From: Hymenobacter sp.
GTDB taxonomy: Bacteria; Bacteroidota; Bacteroidia; Cytophagales; Hymenobacteraceae
Length of the DNA: 64,000 nt
Direction: 5' to 3'
Assembly (NCBI GenBank): GCA_043780755.1
Contig: JAYWCH010000252.1
Span: forward strand, 178 to 64,177
The notes below the pieces were generated by a model. It did not search any database, was not told the origin of the DNA, and worked only from the letters and a program-made list of their open reading frames with translations. The stretch's first letter is position 1, and each line of letters opens with the position of its first letter. Both the position numbers and the translations under genes were made by a program. Below, piece after piece: positions 1 through 9,274 of the stretch.

Positions 1-733
1 AGCTGTACTCGGTGTGGTAGCCGCCAATCAGCTCAGTTTCGCACTCCGGCAAATCGAAGGGCGTGCGGTTGGTTTCGGCAAAAGCGCACACGATGAAAAT
101 GATGAAACCCAGCGGCTGCTTCATCACGTTCCAATTGAAAATGTCCTGCCACACGAACGGGGCCGCTGAAGACTGCTGAAAAGTGATTTCGCGCAGCGAG
201 AGCGTGCCCGAAATCATGAGCACGGCAATCAGCGCCAGGCCCATGGCCAGCTCGTAGCTGATGTTCTGCGAAGCGGCCCGGATGGCGCCCAGCAGCGAAA
301 ACTTGTTATTCGAAGCCCAGCCGCCAATCATGATGCCGTACACGCCCAGCGACACCATACCGAAGACGTAGAGCATGCCGACATTAATTTCAATGCCCTG
401 CAAGTGAATGGAGGTTTCCCCGAACTGCAGCACGTTGCCGAACGGAATGACCGCCGACGACATCAGGGCCGTGGTCATGGCCAGGCAGGGCCCGAGGACG
501 AACAGCGCTCGGTTGGCGCCGGCCGGGAAAAATTCTTCCTTCGTAAACAGCTTCACGGCGTCGGCCAGCGGCTGCAGCAGGCCGAACGGACCGGCGCGGT
601 CCGGGCCCACGCGATCCTGCAAAAATGCGGCAATCACGCGCTCGGCGTAGGTGGAGTACGTGGCAATCAGCAGCGAAACGCCGAATACCACCAGAATGAC
701 GAGGCCTTGCCAGCCCAGAGCGGGGAGAGTCAT
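1..733 (-). CDS. nuoH: NADH-quinone oxidoreductase subunit H (partial; C-terminal part lies beyond the left window edge)
   Basis: Absent from the ORF track because it runs off the edge. My reverse-strand translation from ATG at 733-731 reads MTLPALGWQGLVILVVFGVSLLIATYSTYAERVIAAFLQDRVGPDRAGPFGLLQPLADAVKLF... It ends at position 1 in ...AETNRTPFDLPECETELIGGYHTEYS, the conserved NuoH/ND1 motif. It lies directly downstream of nuoG. Confidence 0.9.
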   Translation of the reverse strand, partial: MTLPALGWQGLVILVVFGVSLLIATYSTYAERVIAAFLQDRVGPDRAGPFGLLQPLADAVKLFTKEEFFPAGANRALFVLGPCLAMTTALMSSAVIPFGNVLQFGETSIHLQGIEINVGMLYVFGMVSLGVYGIMIGGWASNNKFSLLGAIRAASQNISYELAMGLALIAVLMISGTLSLREITFQQSSAAPFVWQDIFNWNVMKQPLGFIIFIVCAFAETNRTPFDLPECETELIGGYHTEYS

Positions 734-799
734 GTGTTCAATATAAATCGTTGGTCCGGCTTCGCAACGGGCGGCCCGACCAACGATTATGAGTTTTTA

Positions 800-1816
800 T
801 TAACCATTAAGGCCCCCTAGTTTCAGGGGCGGATTGCGTTCGAGCTCCCGCACGGTGCTTTCCGGAAGGTCCGCGATAATCTGCGGATTGACCACCGGCA
901 GCTCGTAGTGGTTGGCCGAAATGACCGAAGCGCGGTTGATGTGCGCCGGACCTTCCAGGGTCCAGTCGGCCGTTTCTTTTTTGTCAAAGCGGCAGGTGTT
1001 GCAGATCCACTCTTTCACTTCGCCGTACGCATCCTTGCGGCCGGTGACGCGCAGCACGTCCTTGCCTTTGTACCAGAGCGTTACCCGGCCTTCGCACTTA
1101 TCGGTTTCGCAGTCGCGGTGCGCATTCACGGGTTTGGTGAACCACACGCGCTGCTTGAAGCGGAACGTTTTATCGGTCAGCGCACCCACCGGGCACACGT
1201 CGATGACGTTGCCGCTGAACTCGTTATCGATAATATTTTCAATGTAAGTGCCGATTTCGGACGCATCGCCGCGGCCCAGCACCGCGTGCACGCGCTCAGG
1301 GCTGAGCTGATCGGCGGCGTACACGCAGCGGTAGCACAGAATGCAGCGCGTCATGTGCAGCTGAATGAGCGGGCCGATATCGATCTTCTCGAACGTGCGG
1401 CGCTCTTCCTCGTAGCGGGTGGTGCTCACGCCGTGCTCGAAAGCGAAGTCCTGCAAGCTGCACTCGCCGGCCTGATCGCACACCGGGCAGTCGAGCGGGT
1501 GGTTGATGAGCAGCATTTCTACAATGCCCTTGCGCACTTCCATCACCTGTGGCGAGGTCGTATTTTCGATCACCATGCCGTCCTGCACCGTCGTGATGCA
1601 CGAGGCCACCAGCTTGGGCATGGGGCGGGGGTCTTTGGCCGACCCGGCCGCCACGCGCACGAGGCAGGCGCGGCACTTGCCACCCGTCCCCTTAAGCGGG
1701 GTGTAGTAGCACATGGCGGGCGGCACGATGCTGCCGCCAATCTGGCGGGCCGCGTTCAGGATGGTCGTTCCATCCGGAACTTCCAGCTCAATGCCGTCGA
1801 ACGTTATTTTAGCCAT
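800..1816 (-). CDS. nuoG: NADH-quinone oxidoreductase subunit G, short Bacteroidota form (2Fe-2S plus 4Fe-4S domains, no molybdopterin-like C-terminal domain)
   Basis: 338 aa. Cys clusters CYYTPLKGTGGKCRACLV, HPLDCPVCDQAGEC, RCILCYRCV and CPVGALT. Position between nuoF and nuoH. Confidence 0.85.
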   Translation of the reverse strand: MAKITFDGIELEVPDGTTILNAARQIGGSIVPPAMCYYTPLKGTGGKCRACLVRVAAGSAKDPRPMPKLVASCITTVQDGMVIENTTSPQVMEVRKGIVEMLLINHPLDCPVCDQAGECSLQDFAFEHGVSTTRYEEERRTFEKIDIGPLIQLHMTRCILCYRCVYAADQLSPERVHAVLGRGDASEIGTYIENIIDNEFSGNVIDVCPVGALTDKTFRFKQRVWFTKPVNAHRDCETDKCEGRVTLWYKGKDVLRVTGRKDAYGEVKEWICNTCRFDKKETADWTLEGPAHINRASVISANHYELPVVNPQIIADLPESTVRELERNPPLKLGGLNG

Positions 1817-1844
1817 TTTTGGGAGAATAATCTTTCGATAAAAC

Positions 1845-3185
1845 TTAAGCCAGCACCGCTGCGCCGCGGTACACTGCGCCGGGTTGGGTGGCTTCGTTGG
1901 GATGCTTCACGTGCCACTCAAATTCGTCGCGGAAGTGGCGGACGGCGGCCGTCACGGGCCACGCGGCGGCTTCGCCCAGCGGGCAGATGGTGTTGCCCTC
2001 AATCTGCTTGGCCACGCTCACAATCAGGTCGATGTCGTGCATCGAGCCGTGGCCGTGCTCCAGCCGGTGCAGGACTTTTTCGAGCCAGCCCGTGCCCTCG
2101 CGGCAGGGCGAGCACTGCCCGCACGACTCGTGGTGGTAGAAGCGGCTGAAATTCCAGGTGTTTTTCACGATGCACGTCGTTTCGTCCATCGCAATAAAGC
2201 CGCCCGAGCCCAGCATGGTGCCCGTCACAAACCCGCCGTCGGAGAGCGATTCGTAGCTCATCAGGCGGTTTTCGCCGGCGGCAGTCTTTAGGATTAATTC
2301 CTTGGGCAGAATCGGCACCGAGGATCCGCCGGCCACGACGGCCTTCAGCTCGCGGCCTTTCCAGATGCCGCCGCAGTATTCATCGGAATAAATGAATTCT
2401 TCCACGGGCAGGCCCAGCTCGATCTCGTAAATCCCCGGCTTGTTCAGGTGCCCGCAGGCGGAAATAAGCTTGGTGCCGGTACTTTTGCCGATGCCGATTT
2501 TGGCGTATTCGTCGCCGCCCTCGTTCACGATGACCGGTACAGCGGCGATGGTTTCCACGTTGTTGACCACCGTGGGCCGGGCGTAGAGGCCCTGCACGGC
2601 GGGAAATGGGGGCTTGTTGCGCGGATTACCGCGCTTGCCTTCTAATGATTCCAGCAGGGCCGTTTCTTCGCCGCAGATGTAGGCGCCCGCGCCGGGGTGC
2701 ACGTGCAGATCCAGCGAGTAGCCTGAGCCGAGGATGTTCTCGCCCAGAAAACCCGCCGCATAAGCTTCGGCAATGGCTTTTTCCAGAATCCGCAGCACGT
2801 ACAACAGCTCGCCGCGAATGTAGATGTAGCTGGTGCGCGCGCCCAGCGCGTAGCTGCCCGTAATCATGCCCTCGATGAGCAGGTGGGGCAGTTTCGACAT
2901 CAGCTGGCGGTCCTTGAAAGTGCCGGGTTCCGATTCGTCGGCGTTGCAGACGAGGTAGCGCGGCACGCCCTCCGGCTTGGCCAGAAAGCTCCACTTCATG
3001 CCCGTGGGAAAACCGGCCCCGCCGCGTCCCCGGATGCCGGACTTCTTCACTTCGTCCACCACTTCGTCCGGCGTCATGGTTTTGAGCGCCTTTTCCACGG
3101 AGCGGTAGCCGCCGTGTTTGCGGTACACCTCGAAAGTGTTGATGCCTTCGACGTTGATGTGTTCGGTTAATAGCTTGCGGCCCAT
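1845..3185 (-). CDS. nuoF: NADH-quinone oxidoreductase subunit F (51-kDa, FMN/NADH-binding)
   Basis: 446 aa. GRGGAGFPTG FMN/NADH motif and ESCGQCSPCREG 4Fe-4S motif. Operon context. Confidence 0.95.
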   Translation of the reverse strand: MGRKLLTEHINVEGINTFEVYRKHGGYRSVEKALKTMTPDEVVDEVKKSGIRGRGGAGFPTGMKWSFLAKPEGVPRYLVCNADESEPGTFKDRQLMSKLPHLLIEGMITGSYALGARTSYIYIRGELLYVLRILEKAIAEAYAAGFLGENILGSGYSLDLHVHPGAGAYICGEETALLESLEGKRGNPRNKPPFPAVQGLYARPTVVNNVETIAAVPVIVNEGGDEYAKIGIGKSTGTKLISACGHLNKPGIYEIELGLPVEEFIYSDEYCGGIWKGRELKAVVAGGSSVPILPKELILKTAAGENRLMSYESLSDGGFVTGTMLGSGGFIAMDETTCIVKNTWNFSRFYHHESCGQCSPCREGTGWLEKVLHRLEHGHGSMHDIDLIVSVAKQIEGNTICPLGEAAAWPVTAAVRHFRDEFEWHVKHPNEATQPGAVYRGAAVLA

Positions 3186-3214
3186 AGTGATAAGCGGTTG
3201 CTGATAGCCAGCGG

Positions 3215-3817
3215 TTAGTTATTCTTCAAAGAATTTGGCAAACCTGTCGCTTCCCACGGCAAAATGGGGCGGTGCACCAAACCACGCAGCTCGTTGAGCA
3301 TGGAATCGACCGCCTCGGGGGTATCGAGCTTCTCGTAATATTTCTCCCGCACCTGCACCACGGGAGCAAACCCGCAGGCGGCCAGGCACTCTACTTCTTT
3401 CAGGGTAAAATTGCCGTCGGGCGAGGTCTCGCCCACTTTCGCGCCGGTGATGCGCTCGAGCTGCGCCGTCAGCTCATCGGAGCCGCGCAGCATGCATGGA
3501 CCCGTGCGGCAGATTTCCAGCACGTGCTTCCCTACCAGCTTGAGGTTATACATGGAGTAGAATGTGGCTACTTCGTACACTTCAATCGACTTGATGTGAA
3601 GCGTTTCCGCCACCAGATCCTGCACCTCGGGGCTCACCCAGCCGCCAAACTCCGCCTGCGCAATGTGCAGAACCGGTAACAGCGTCGACTTGCTGCGGTC
3701 GGCGGGATAGTGCGAGAGGAGGCGCTGAATTTCAGCCTGCGCGGCGGGCGAAAATTGCAGCTTGGTAGTCGTTTCAGTGGGGCTCATTCGGGTAAAGTAG
3801 TTAGGCACTTTCGGCAA
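3215..3817 (-). CDS. nuoE: NADH-quinone oxidoreductase subunit E (24-kDa, 2Fe-2S)
   Basis: 200 aa. CRTGPC ... ECLAACGFAP cysteine pattern. The start may instead be the internal MSPTE at 3787. Confidence 0.9.
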   Translation of the reverse strand: MPKVPNYFTRMSPTETTTKLQFSPAAQAEIQRLLSHYPADRSKSTLLPVLHIAQAEFGGWVSPEVQDLVAETLHIKSIEVYEVATFYSMYNLKLVGKHVLEICRTGPCMLRGSDELTAQLERITGAKVGETSPDGNFTLKEVECLAACGFAPVVQVREKYYEKLDTPEAVDSMLNELRGLVHRPILPWEATGLPNSLKNN

Positions 3818-3869
3818 CGGCAGCCCAATCAGCGGGTTTCTGGTTGGGGAGGCTGCTGCCGAATGAAAA

Positions 3870-5132
3870 CTAGGCGTCCAGCTCGCCGGCGATGACGTTC
3901 ATTGACGAGAGGATGACAATGGCATCCGAGAGCGTGGTGCCCACGGCCATTTCGGGGTAAGCCTGATAATAAATGAAGCACGGCCGGCGGAAGTGCAGCC
4001 GGTAGGGCGTGCGCCCGCCATCCGAAACCAGGTAGAAACCCAGCTCGCCGTTGCCGCCTTCCACGGAGTGATAAACCTCGCCCACGGGCGCATCAATCTC
4101 GCCCATGACGATTTTGAAGTGGTAAATCAGGGCCTCCATGTTCTTGTACACCTCCTGCTTGGCAGGCAGGTAGTAGTGCGGCGCATCGGCGTGGTAGGGG
4201 CCTTCGGGCAGGTTGTCAAGGGCCTGATTAATAATGCGCAGGCTCTGCCAGATTTCCTCGTTACGGACGATGAACCGGTCGTAGGTATCACCGTTGGTGC
4301 CCACCGGGATGTCGAACTCGAAATCCTCGTAGGAGGAATAGGGATTCATGACGCGTACGTCGTAATCCACGCCGGCCGCCCGCAGGTTGGGGCCGGTGAA
4401 GCCGTAGCTGAGCGCTTTTTCCGCCGAGATCGGGCCCACGTTCACCACGCGGTCCATGAAAATGCGGTTGCGGCTGAACATCGATTCAAACTCGCGCATC
4501 ACGGTCGGAAACTCCTTCAGCCACTTGCGAAGCTTGGCGATGGCCACGGGCGAAAAGTCGCGCTCCATGCCCCCCACGCGGCCCATATTGGTCGTGAGGC
4601 GCGCCCCGCACACTTCCTCGTAGATTTCGTAGACTTTCTCCCGCTCCTGAAACAGGTAGAGGAAGCCCGTGAAAGCGCCTGTATCCACGCCCAGGATGGA
4701 GTTACAGATCAGGTGGTCCGTAATCCGGGCCAGCTCCATCATGATCACGCGCATGTACTGCGCCCGCTTGGGCACCGTCACGCCGAGCAGCTTCTCCACC
4801 GTCATGTGCCAGCCCATGTTGTTGATGGGCGACGAACAGTAGTTCATCCGGTCTGTAAGCGTGGTGATCTGGTAGAAGGGTCGCCGCTCCGCGATCTTCT
4901 CAAAGGCGCGGTGGATATAGCCGATAGTGGGCACGCCCGACACAATCCGTTCGCCATCCATCTGCAGGATGTTCTGGAAAATGCCGTGGGTGGCCGGGTG
5001 CGTCGGGCCCAGGTTCAGCGTCGTCAGCTCCTGGCTGAAGTCATTGAGCAGGGGTACCAGTTGGCCGTGGCGTTGAACCGCGGCTTCCTCGTGAATTTTA
5101 TGGGTGCCTTCCAGCGCGTCGTTTACTGCCAT
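3870..5132 (-). CDS. nuoD: NADH-quinone oxidoreductase subunit D (49-kDa)
   Basis: 420 aa. Typical NuoD sequence (LNLGPTHPATHG..., C-terminal ...NVIAGELDA). Operon context. Confidence 0.95.
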   Translation of the reverse strand: MAVNDALEGTHKIHEEAAVQRHGQLVPLLNDFSQELTTLNLGPTHPATHGIFQNILQMDGERIVSGVPTIGYIHRAFEKIAERRPFYQITTLTDRMNYCSSPINNMGWHMTVEKLLGVTVPKRAQYMRVIMMELARITDHLICNSILGVDTGAFTGFLYLFQEREKVYEIYEEVCGARLTTNMGRVGGMERDFSPVAIAKLRKWLKEFPTVMREFESMFSRNRIFMDRVVNVGPISAEKALSYGFTGPNLRAAGVDYDVRVMNPYSSYEDFEFDIPVGTNGDTYDRFIVRNEEIWQSLRIINQALDNLPEGPYHADAPHYYLPAKQEVYKNMEALIYHFKIVMGEIDAPVGEVYHSVEGGNGELGFYLVSDGGRTPYRLHFRRPCFIYYQAYPEMAVGTTLSDAIVILSSMNVIAGELDA

Positions 5133-5150
5133 GATAAGGGTATCAGGGGC

Positions 5151-5708
5151 CTAGCGGCCAAAAAACAGGTCGGTTTTATCTTCGCGGGTGCCATCTTCGA
5201 GCGGATACTCTTTCCGCATCGGGTGGTAGTCCATGTCCTCCACGTTGAGGATGCGAATCAGGTTGGGGTGGCCGGTGAAGATGACGCCGTAGAAATCGTA
5301 AGTCTCGCGCTCCAGCCAGTTGGCGGCCGGGTAGAGGTTGGTCAACGTCGGCACCACCGGATCGGCCACCGGGAAGAAGATTTTAATCCGCAGCCGGATA
5401 TTCTGAGTCAGGCTGTGCAGGTGATAAATGACGCCCAGCTCCTTCCCGGCATTCTCCGGATAGTTGATCCCGCAGAGCGTAGTGAGAAAATTGAGCTGAA
5501 TCTCCGGATCCTGCTGCAGACCGGCAATGATGCCGTTGACCTGTTCCCGGGTTGTCGTCACGGTGAGCAAGCCGTAGGGTTCCTCCACATCAGTGAACGC
5601 GGCTTCCCCAAACAAGCGGTGCAGCACCGCGAGTACCCGCGCATTCTGGACTTTAATCGGGTCTTCGGCAACGGCGACTTCGGGAGCGGCAGATTCCTGA
5701 GGATTCAT
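5151..5708 (-). CDS. nuoC: NADH-quinone oxidoreductase subunit C (30-kDa)
   Basis: 185 aa. WLERETYDFYGVIFTGHPNLIRIL motif region. Lies between nuoD and nuoB. Confidence 0.9.
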   Translation of the reverse strand: MNPQESAAPEVAVAEDPIKVQNARVLAVLHRLFGEAAFTDVEEPYGLLTVTTTREQVNGIIAGLQQDPEIQLNFLTTLCGINYPENAGKELGVIYHLHSLTQNIRLRIKIFFPVADPVVPTLTNLYPAANWLERETYDFYGVIFTGHPNLIRILNVEDMDYHPMRKEYPLEDGTREDKTDLFFGR

Positions 5709-5779
5709 AGGGGATTCGGGATGCGGTGTCGAAGCTTCAAGCAGCCGGCCAAAAGGAATGACAGTTGCTTGAAAACCAA

Positions 5780-6334
5780 CTACTTGATGTTGTAAGAAGC
5801 CAGCAACGCCTCGTACTCCGGGGCATTGCGGCGGCGGAAAGACTCACTGCGGGCCAGGTCCTGCACGCGCATCAGGCCGTCGATCACCTGTTCGGGGCGG
5901 GGCGGGCAGCCGGGCACGTACACATCGACGGGAATGATGCGGTCGATGCCCTGCAAGACCGAATAAGAGTCGAAAATGCCGCCCGAGCAGGCGCAGGCGC
6001 CCATGGCCAGCACCCAGCGGGGCTCGGCCATCTGCTCATACACCTGTTTCACGATGGGGGCCATCTTCTTGGCGATCGTGCCCATCACCATCAGCAGGTC
6101 GGCCTGCCGGGGCGAGAAGCTGGGGCGCTCGGAGCCGAAGCGCGAGATATCGTAGTGCGAGCCCATGGTGGCCATGAACTCGATGCCGCAGCAAGAGGTC
6201 GCGAACGGCAAGGGCCAGAGCGAGTTGGCGCGGGCCATGCCCACGACTTTTTCCAGCGAAGTGGCAAAGAAGCCGGCGCCTTCGACACCCTCGGGGGCCT
6301 CAACAGTTTTAATTTCCGGAACGCGGGTATCCAT
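5780..6334 (-). CDS. nuoB: NADH-quinone oxidoreductase subunit B (20-kDa, N2 cluster)
   Basis: 184 aa. CCGIEFMA, GACACSGG and GCPPRPE motifs. Confidence 0.95.
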   Translation of the reverse strand: MDTRVPEIKTVEAPEGVEGAGFFATSLEKVVGMARANSLWPLPFATSCCGIEFMATMGSHYDISRFGSERPSFSPRQADLLMVMGTIAKKMAPIVKQVYEQMAEPRWVLAMGACACSGGIFDSYSVLQGIDRIIPVDVYVPGCPPRPEQVIDGLMRVQDLARSESFRRRNAPEYEALLASYNIK

Positions 6335-6407
6335 AAGTTAAAGGTCAGATTTGGAGGCGAATCAGCGCAGTTATGAACACCAGCTGCGGGGCAAAAGTTT
6401 GGCAGAA

Positions 6408-6800
6408 TCAGGCCTCGTTCCAGCGTAGAATGCCCTTTTTGATGATGTAGCCGAAGCCCGCCAGCAGCAGGGCCATGAACAGAATCATCTCCACGAAACC
6501 ATCGCGGCCCAGGCTGCGGAAGTTCACTGCCCACGGATACATGAAGATCACTTCCACATCAAACAGCACGAAGACGATGGCCGTCAGAAAGTATTTCACC
6601 GAGATCGGCGTCCGGGCGTTGCCCACCGATTCAATGCCGCACTCAAAGGCCTCATTCTTCACCTTGCTCGACCGTTTTGGACCCACGAGGTGAGAAACGA
6701 TCATGGCAAAAGCCACAAAAGCCAGCGCCAAACCAAACTGAATGACGATGGGCAGGTAATCGGAAGGCTGATAATTAGCAGCTGGAAGGGCTAGGTACAT
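6408..6800 (-). CDS. nuoA: NADH-quinone oxidoreductase subunit A
   Basis: 130 aa, three hydrophobic segments, FECG...FDVEVIFMYPW motif. First gene of the cluster. Confidence 0.9.
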   Translation of the reverse strand: MYLALPAANYQPSDYLPIVIQFGLALAFVAFAMIVSHLVGPKRSSKVKNEAFECGIESVGNARTPISVKYFLTAIVFVLFDVEVIFMYPWAVNFRSLGRDGFVEMILFMALLLAGFGYIIKKGILRWNEA

Positions 6801-6844
6801 AACAGTCAGATGGATAGAAATGCGGCCTTACGGGCACTGAGGGG

Positions 6845-6852
6845 CAAAGGTA
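6845..6852 (-). promoter_or_regulatory. Bacteroidota sigma-A type -7 box TACCTTTG upstream of nuoA
   Basis: Exact TAnnTTTG on the minus strand, 45 nt upstream of the nuoA ATG. An ATTG lies 20 nt further upstream. The extended 15-mer CTACCTTTGCCCCTC is repeated upstream of pruA. Confidence 0.4.
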
Positions 6853-6902
6853 GCGAATGTGGTTTTGGGGCGCAATGTTGGCGAGTACGTAGCCTGTTAA
6901 AC

Positions 6903-6934
6903 AAAAAAGTCCCGCAACATTGCTGCTGCGGGAC
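6903..6934 (-). terminator. Rho-independent terminator after pruA
   Basis: Minus strand reads GTCCCGCAGCAGCAATGTTGCGGGAC followed by TTTTTTGT. Sits just 3' of the pruA stop. Confidence 0.6.
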
Positions 6935-6942
6935 CGTTTATT

Positions 6943-8607
6943 TTACAACCCTTTGTCGCGGTTCAGATCCTCCGCCGGCTCGGCGCCGAGGAAGGGGTAG
7001 CGGTAGTCGGTGACGGGCACGAAGGTTTCCTTGATGGCGCGGGGCGACACCCAGCGCAAGAGGTTTAGCAGCGAGCCGGCTTTGTCGTTGGTGCCCGAGG
7101 CGCGGGCGCCGCCGAAGGGCTGCTGCCCGACCACGGCCCCGGTGGGCTTGTCGTTGATGTAGAAGTTGCCGGCCGCGTGAACCAGGCGTTTCGCGGCGCG
7201 GTCGATGGCGTAGCGGTCCTGCGCGAATACGGCGCCGGTCAGGGCGTAGGGCGAAGTGGTATCGACCAGCTCCAGGACTTCCTCAAATTTATCGGCGTCG
7301 TAGACGTGCACCGTGAGCACGGGGCCGAACAGCTCCTCGCACATGGTCACGTACTTCGGGTCTTTGGTGACGATGACCGTGGGCTCGATGAAGTAGCCTT
7401 TCGACTTGTCGTAGCCCCCGCCGGCGATGATCTCCGCGTTCGGGTCGGCCTTGGCGCCGTCGATGTATTTGGCCAGCTTATCGAATGATTTCTCGTCAAT
7501 TACGGCATTGACGAAGTTGGTGAAGTCTTCCACGTCGCCCATTTTAAACGAGGCCAGATCCTCCTTCACGTAGCCCAGAATCTCGTCGGCGAGGTTGGAG
7601 GGCAAATATACCCGCGAGGCTGCCGAGCACTTTTGCCCCTGATACTCGAATGCCCCGCGGCTGATGCCCACGGCCACCGCTTTGGCGTGCGCCGTGCGGT
7701 GGGCGAGGATGAAGTCCTTGCCGCCGGTTTCGCCCACAATGCGCGGGTAGGACTTGTAAGTTGCAATGTTCTGCCCAATGGTCTTCCAGATATTCTGAAA
7801 CACGCCGGTCGAGCCCGTGAAGTGAATACCCGCGAACTCGGGATGGGCGAAGATGACGTCGCCGGCCGTGGGACCGTCCACGTACACCAGGTTGATAACG
7901 CCATCGGGCACGCCGGCTTCCTTGAACAGCTCCATCAGCACCTGGGCCGAATAGATCTGGGTATTGGCGGGTTTCCACACTACCACGTTCCCCATCAGGG
8001 CCGCCGACGAGGGCAGGTTGCCGGCGATGGAGGTGAAATTGAACGGCGTGAGGGCGAACACGAATCCTTCCAGCGGGCGATGCTCCAGCCGGTTCCACAT
8101 GCCGGGCAGGCTCTCGGGCTGCTGCTTGTAGATTTCCTGCATGAAATGCACATTGAACCGGAAGAAGTCGATCAGCTCGCAGGCGGCGTCGATTTCGGCC
8201 TGGAACGCATTCTTGCTCTGCCCCAGCATGGTGGCTGCGTTGATCCGGGCGCGATAGGGACCGGCCAGCAAATCCGCAGCTTTGAGGAAAATGGCCGCGC
8301 GGTGCTCCCAGGGCATTTCAGCCCAGGCGGGGCGGGCGGCCAGCGCCGCCTCAATGGCGAGGCTGACGTGGCTGGCATTGCCAGCGTGAAAATGCCCCAG
8401 CGTGCGCTGGTGGTCATGCGGCGGGCTGATGCGTTGGGTCTGGCCCGTGCGCACTTCCTGCCCGTTGATGTACATCGGAATATCCAGCTCCAGCTGCTTG
8501 AGGTGCCGCAGCTGCTGCTGCAACTCCAGGCGCTCTTTGGAGCCGGGGGCGTAGCCCTTCACGGGCTCGTTGATTGGAATGGGGACGTTGAAAAAGCCGT
8601 TGGCCAT
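6943..8607 (-). CDS. pruA: L-glutamate gamma-semialdehyde (1-pyrroline-5-carboxylate) dehydrogenase, aldehyde dehydrogenase family
   Basis: 554 aa. ALDH-type motifs ETGGKDF and EYQGQKCSAASR (catalytic Cys). Length and N-terminus are typical of the long P5CDH class. Confidence 0.8.
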   Translation of the reverse strand: MANGFFNVPIPINEPVKGYAPGSKERLELQQQLRHLKQLELDIPMYINGQEVRTGQTQRISPPHDHQRTLGHFHAGNASHVSLAIEAALAARPAWAEMPWEHRAAIFLKAADLLAGPYRARINAATMLGQSKNAFQAEIDAACELIDFFRFNVHFMQEIYKQQPESLPGMWNRLEHRPLEGFVFALTPFNFTSIAGNLPSSAALMGNVVVWKPANTQIYSAQVLMELFKEAGVPDGVINLVYVDGPTAGDVIFAHPEFAGIHFTGSTGVFQNIWKTIGQNIATYKSYPRIVGETGGKDFILAHRTAHAKAVAVGISRGAFEYQGQKCSAASRVYLPSNLADEILGYVKEDLASFKMGDVEDFTNFVNAVIDEKSFDKLAKYIDGAKADPNAEIIAGGGYDKSKGYFIEPTVIVTKDPKYVTMCEELFGPVLTVHVYDADKFEEVLELVDTTSPYALTGAVFAQDRYAIDRAAKRLVHAAGNFYINDKPTGAVVGQQPFGGARASGTNDKAGSLLNLLRWVSPRAIKETFVPVTDYRYPFLGAEPAEDLNRDKGL

Positions 8608-8638
8608 TAGAAGCTTCGTTTTTTAGGTGGGAGAGGGG

Positions 8639-8646
8639 CAAAGGTA
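8639..8646 (-). promoter_or_regulatory. -7 box TACCTTTG upstream of pruA
   Basis: Exact TAnnTTTG on the minus strand, 32 nt upstream of the ATG at 8607. Same CTACCTTTGCCCCTC 15-mer as at nuoA. Confidence 0.4.
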
Positions 8647-8718
8647 GGCGGGCCGGTTTTTCCGCCCCGCTGGTTCGGCCGCGCCGGCAAAACCGGCCCG
8701 GTGTAGCGTCCGGGCGGT

Positions 8719-9267
8719 TTACAGGTGCCTGAGCAGCGCCAGCACCTGCTGCCGCAATTCGTTGGGCGAGCCGGTATTGTAGATGGTGGCGGCGAAATGC
8801 GGATAGTGGTCCATGGCCGTTTCGCTGGGGTGATTATCGTCGCGGGTGCCGTCGCCGCGCTGGCGCAGCGGGTCGCCCTCCACGCGTAGCATGAGGCCGC
8901 CGCGCGCCCGGATGGGATCCGCTTCGTTGGGGTAGCGCACGTCGGGCGCGAGCACGAACGCATCGGCGGGCAGCCCGGCAAAAAAGGCATCGACCCAGAC
9001 CAGCGGCTCCCATTCCCGCAGGGCCTGGCCCACCTGCTGCAGCATCTCGCCCCGGGTGCGCCGGAAATCGGGCAGTACCTGGGCCTTGCCGCGCTGGGTG
9101 TAGTAGGCGGCCCCGTCCTCGCCCGTCAGCGCCGCGCAGACGGACTTAATGGAATTGCCAAAAGAGCGGATCTGCCAGATGCGCTCGGGCTGTAATTGCT
9201 GCAGGAGGCGGGCCACGGTGTCCTTGCCGCTGCCCCGCCGGCCCGATAGGCCAATGAGGTGGATCAT
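8719..9267 (-). CDS. P-loop kinase, phage T4 gp1-like deoxynucleotide monophosphate kinase family
   Basis: 182 aa. IGLSGRRGSGKDTVA resembles T4 gp1 IFLSGVKRSGKDTTA. The later PDVRYPNEADPIRARGG...DDNHPSE resembles gp1 PDTRQDHEMDAARAMGA...NDTHITE. The comparison is from memory, not a search. Confidence 0.55.
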   Translation of the reverse strand: MIHLIGLSGRRGSGKDTVARLLQQLQPERIWQIRSFGNSIKSVCAALTGEDGAAYYTQRGKAQVLPDFRRTRGEMLQQVGQALREWEPLVWVDAFFAGLPADAFVLAPDVRYPNEADPIRARGGLMLRVEGDPLRQRGDGTRDDNHPSETAMDHYPHFAATIYNTGSPNELRQQVLALLRHL

Positions 9268-9274
9268 ATGCCGC

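Noticed and set aside
3993-5795. 600-aa plus-strand ORF antisense to nuoD/nuoC
   Set aside because: It lies fully opposite two strongly conserved complex I genes. Its translation is Arg/Gly/Ala/His/Val-rich with low complexity, typical of antisense frames in high-GC DNA. No start context or motif is present.
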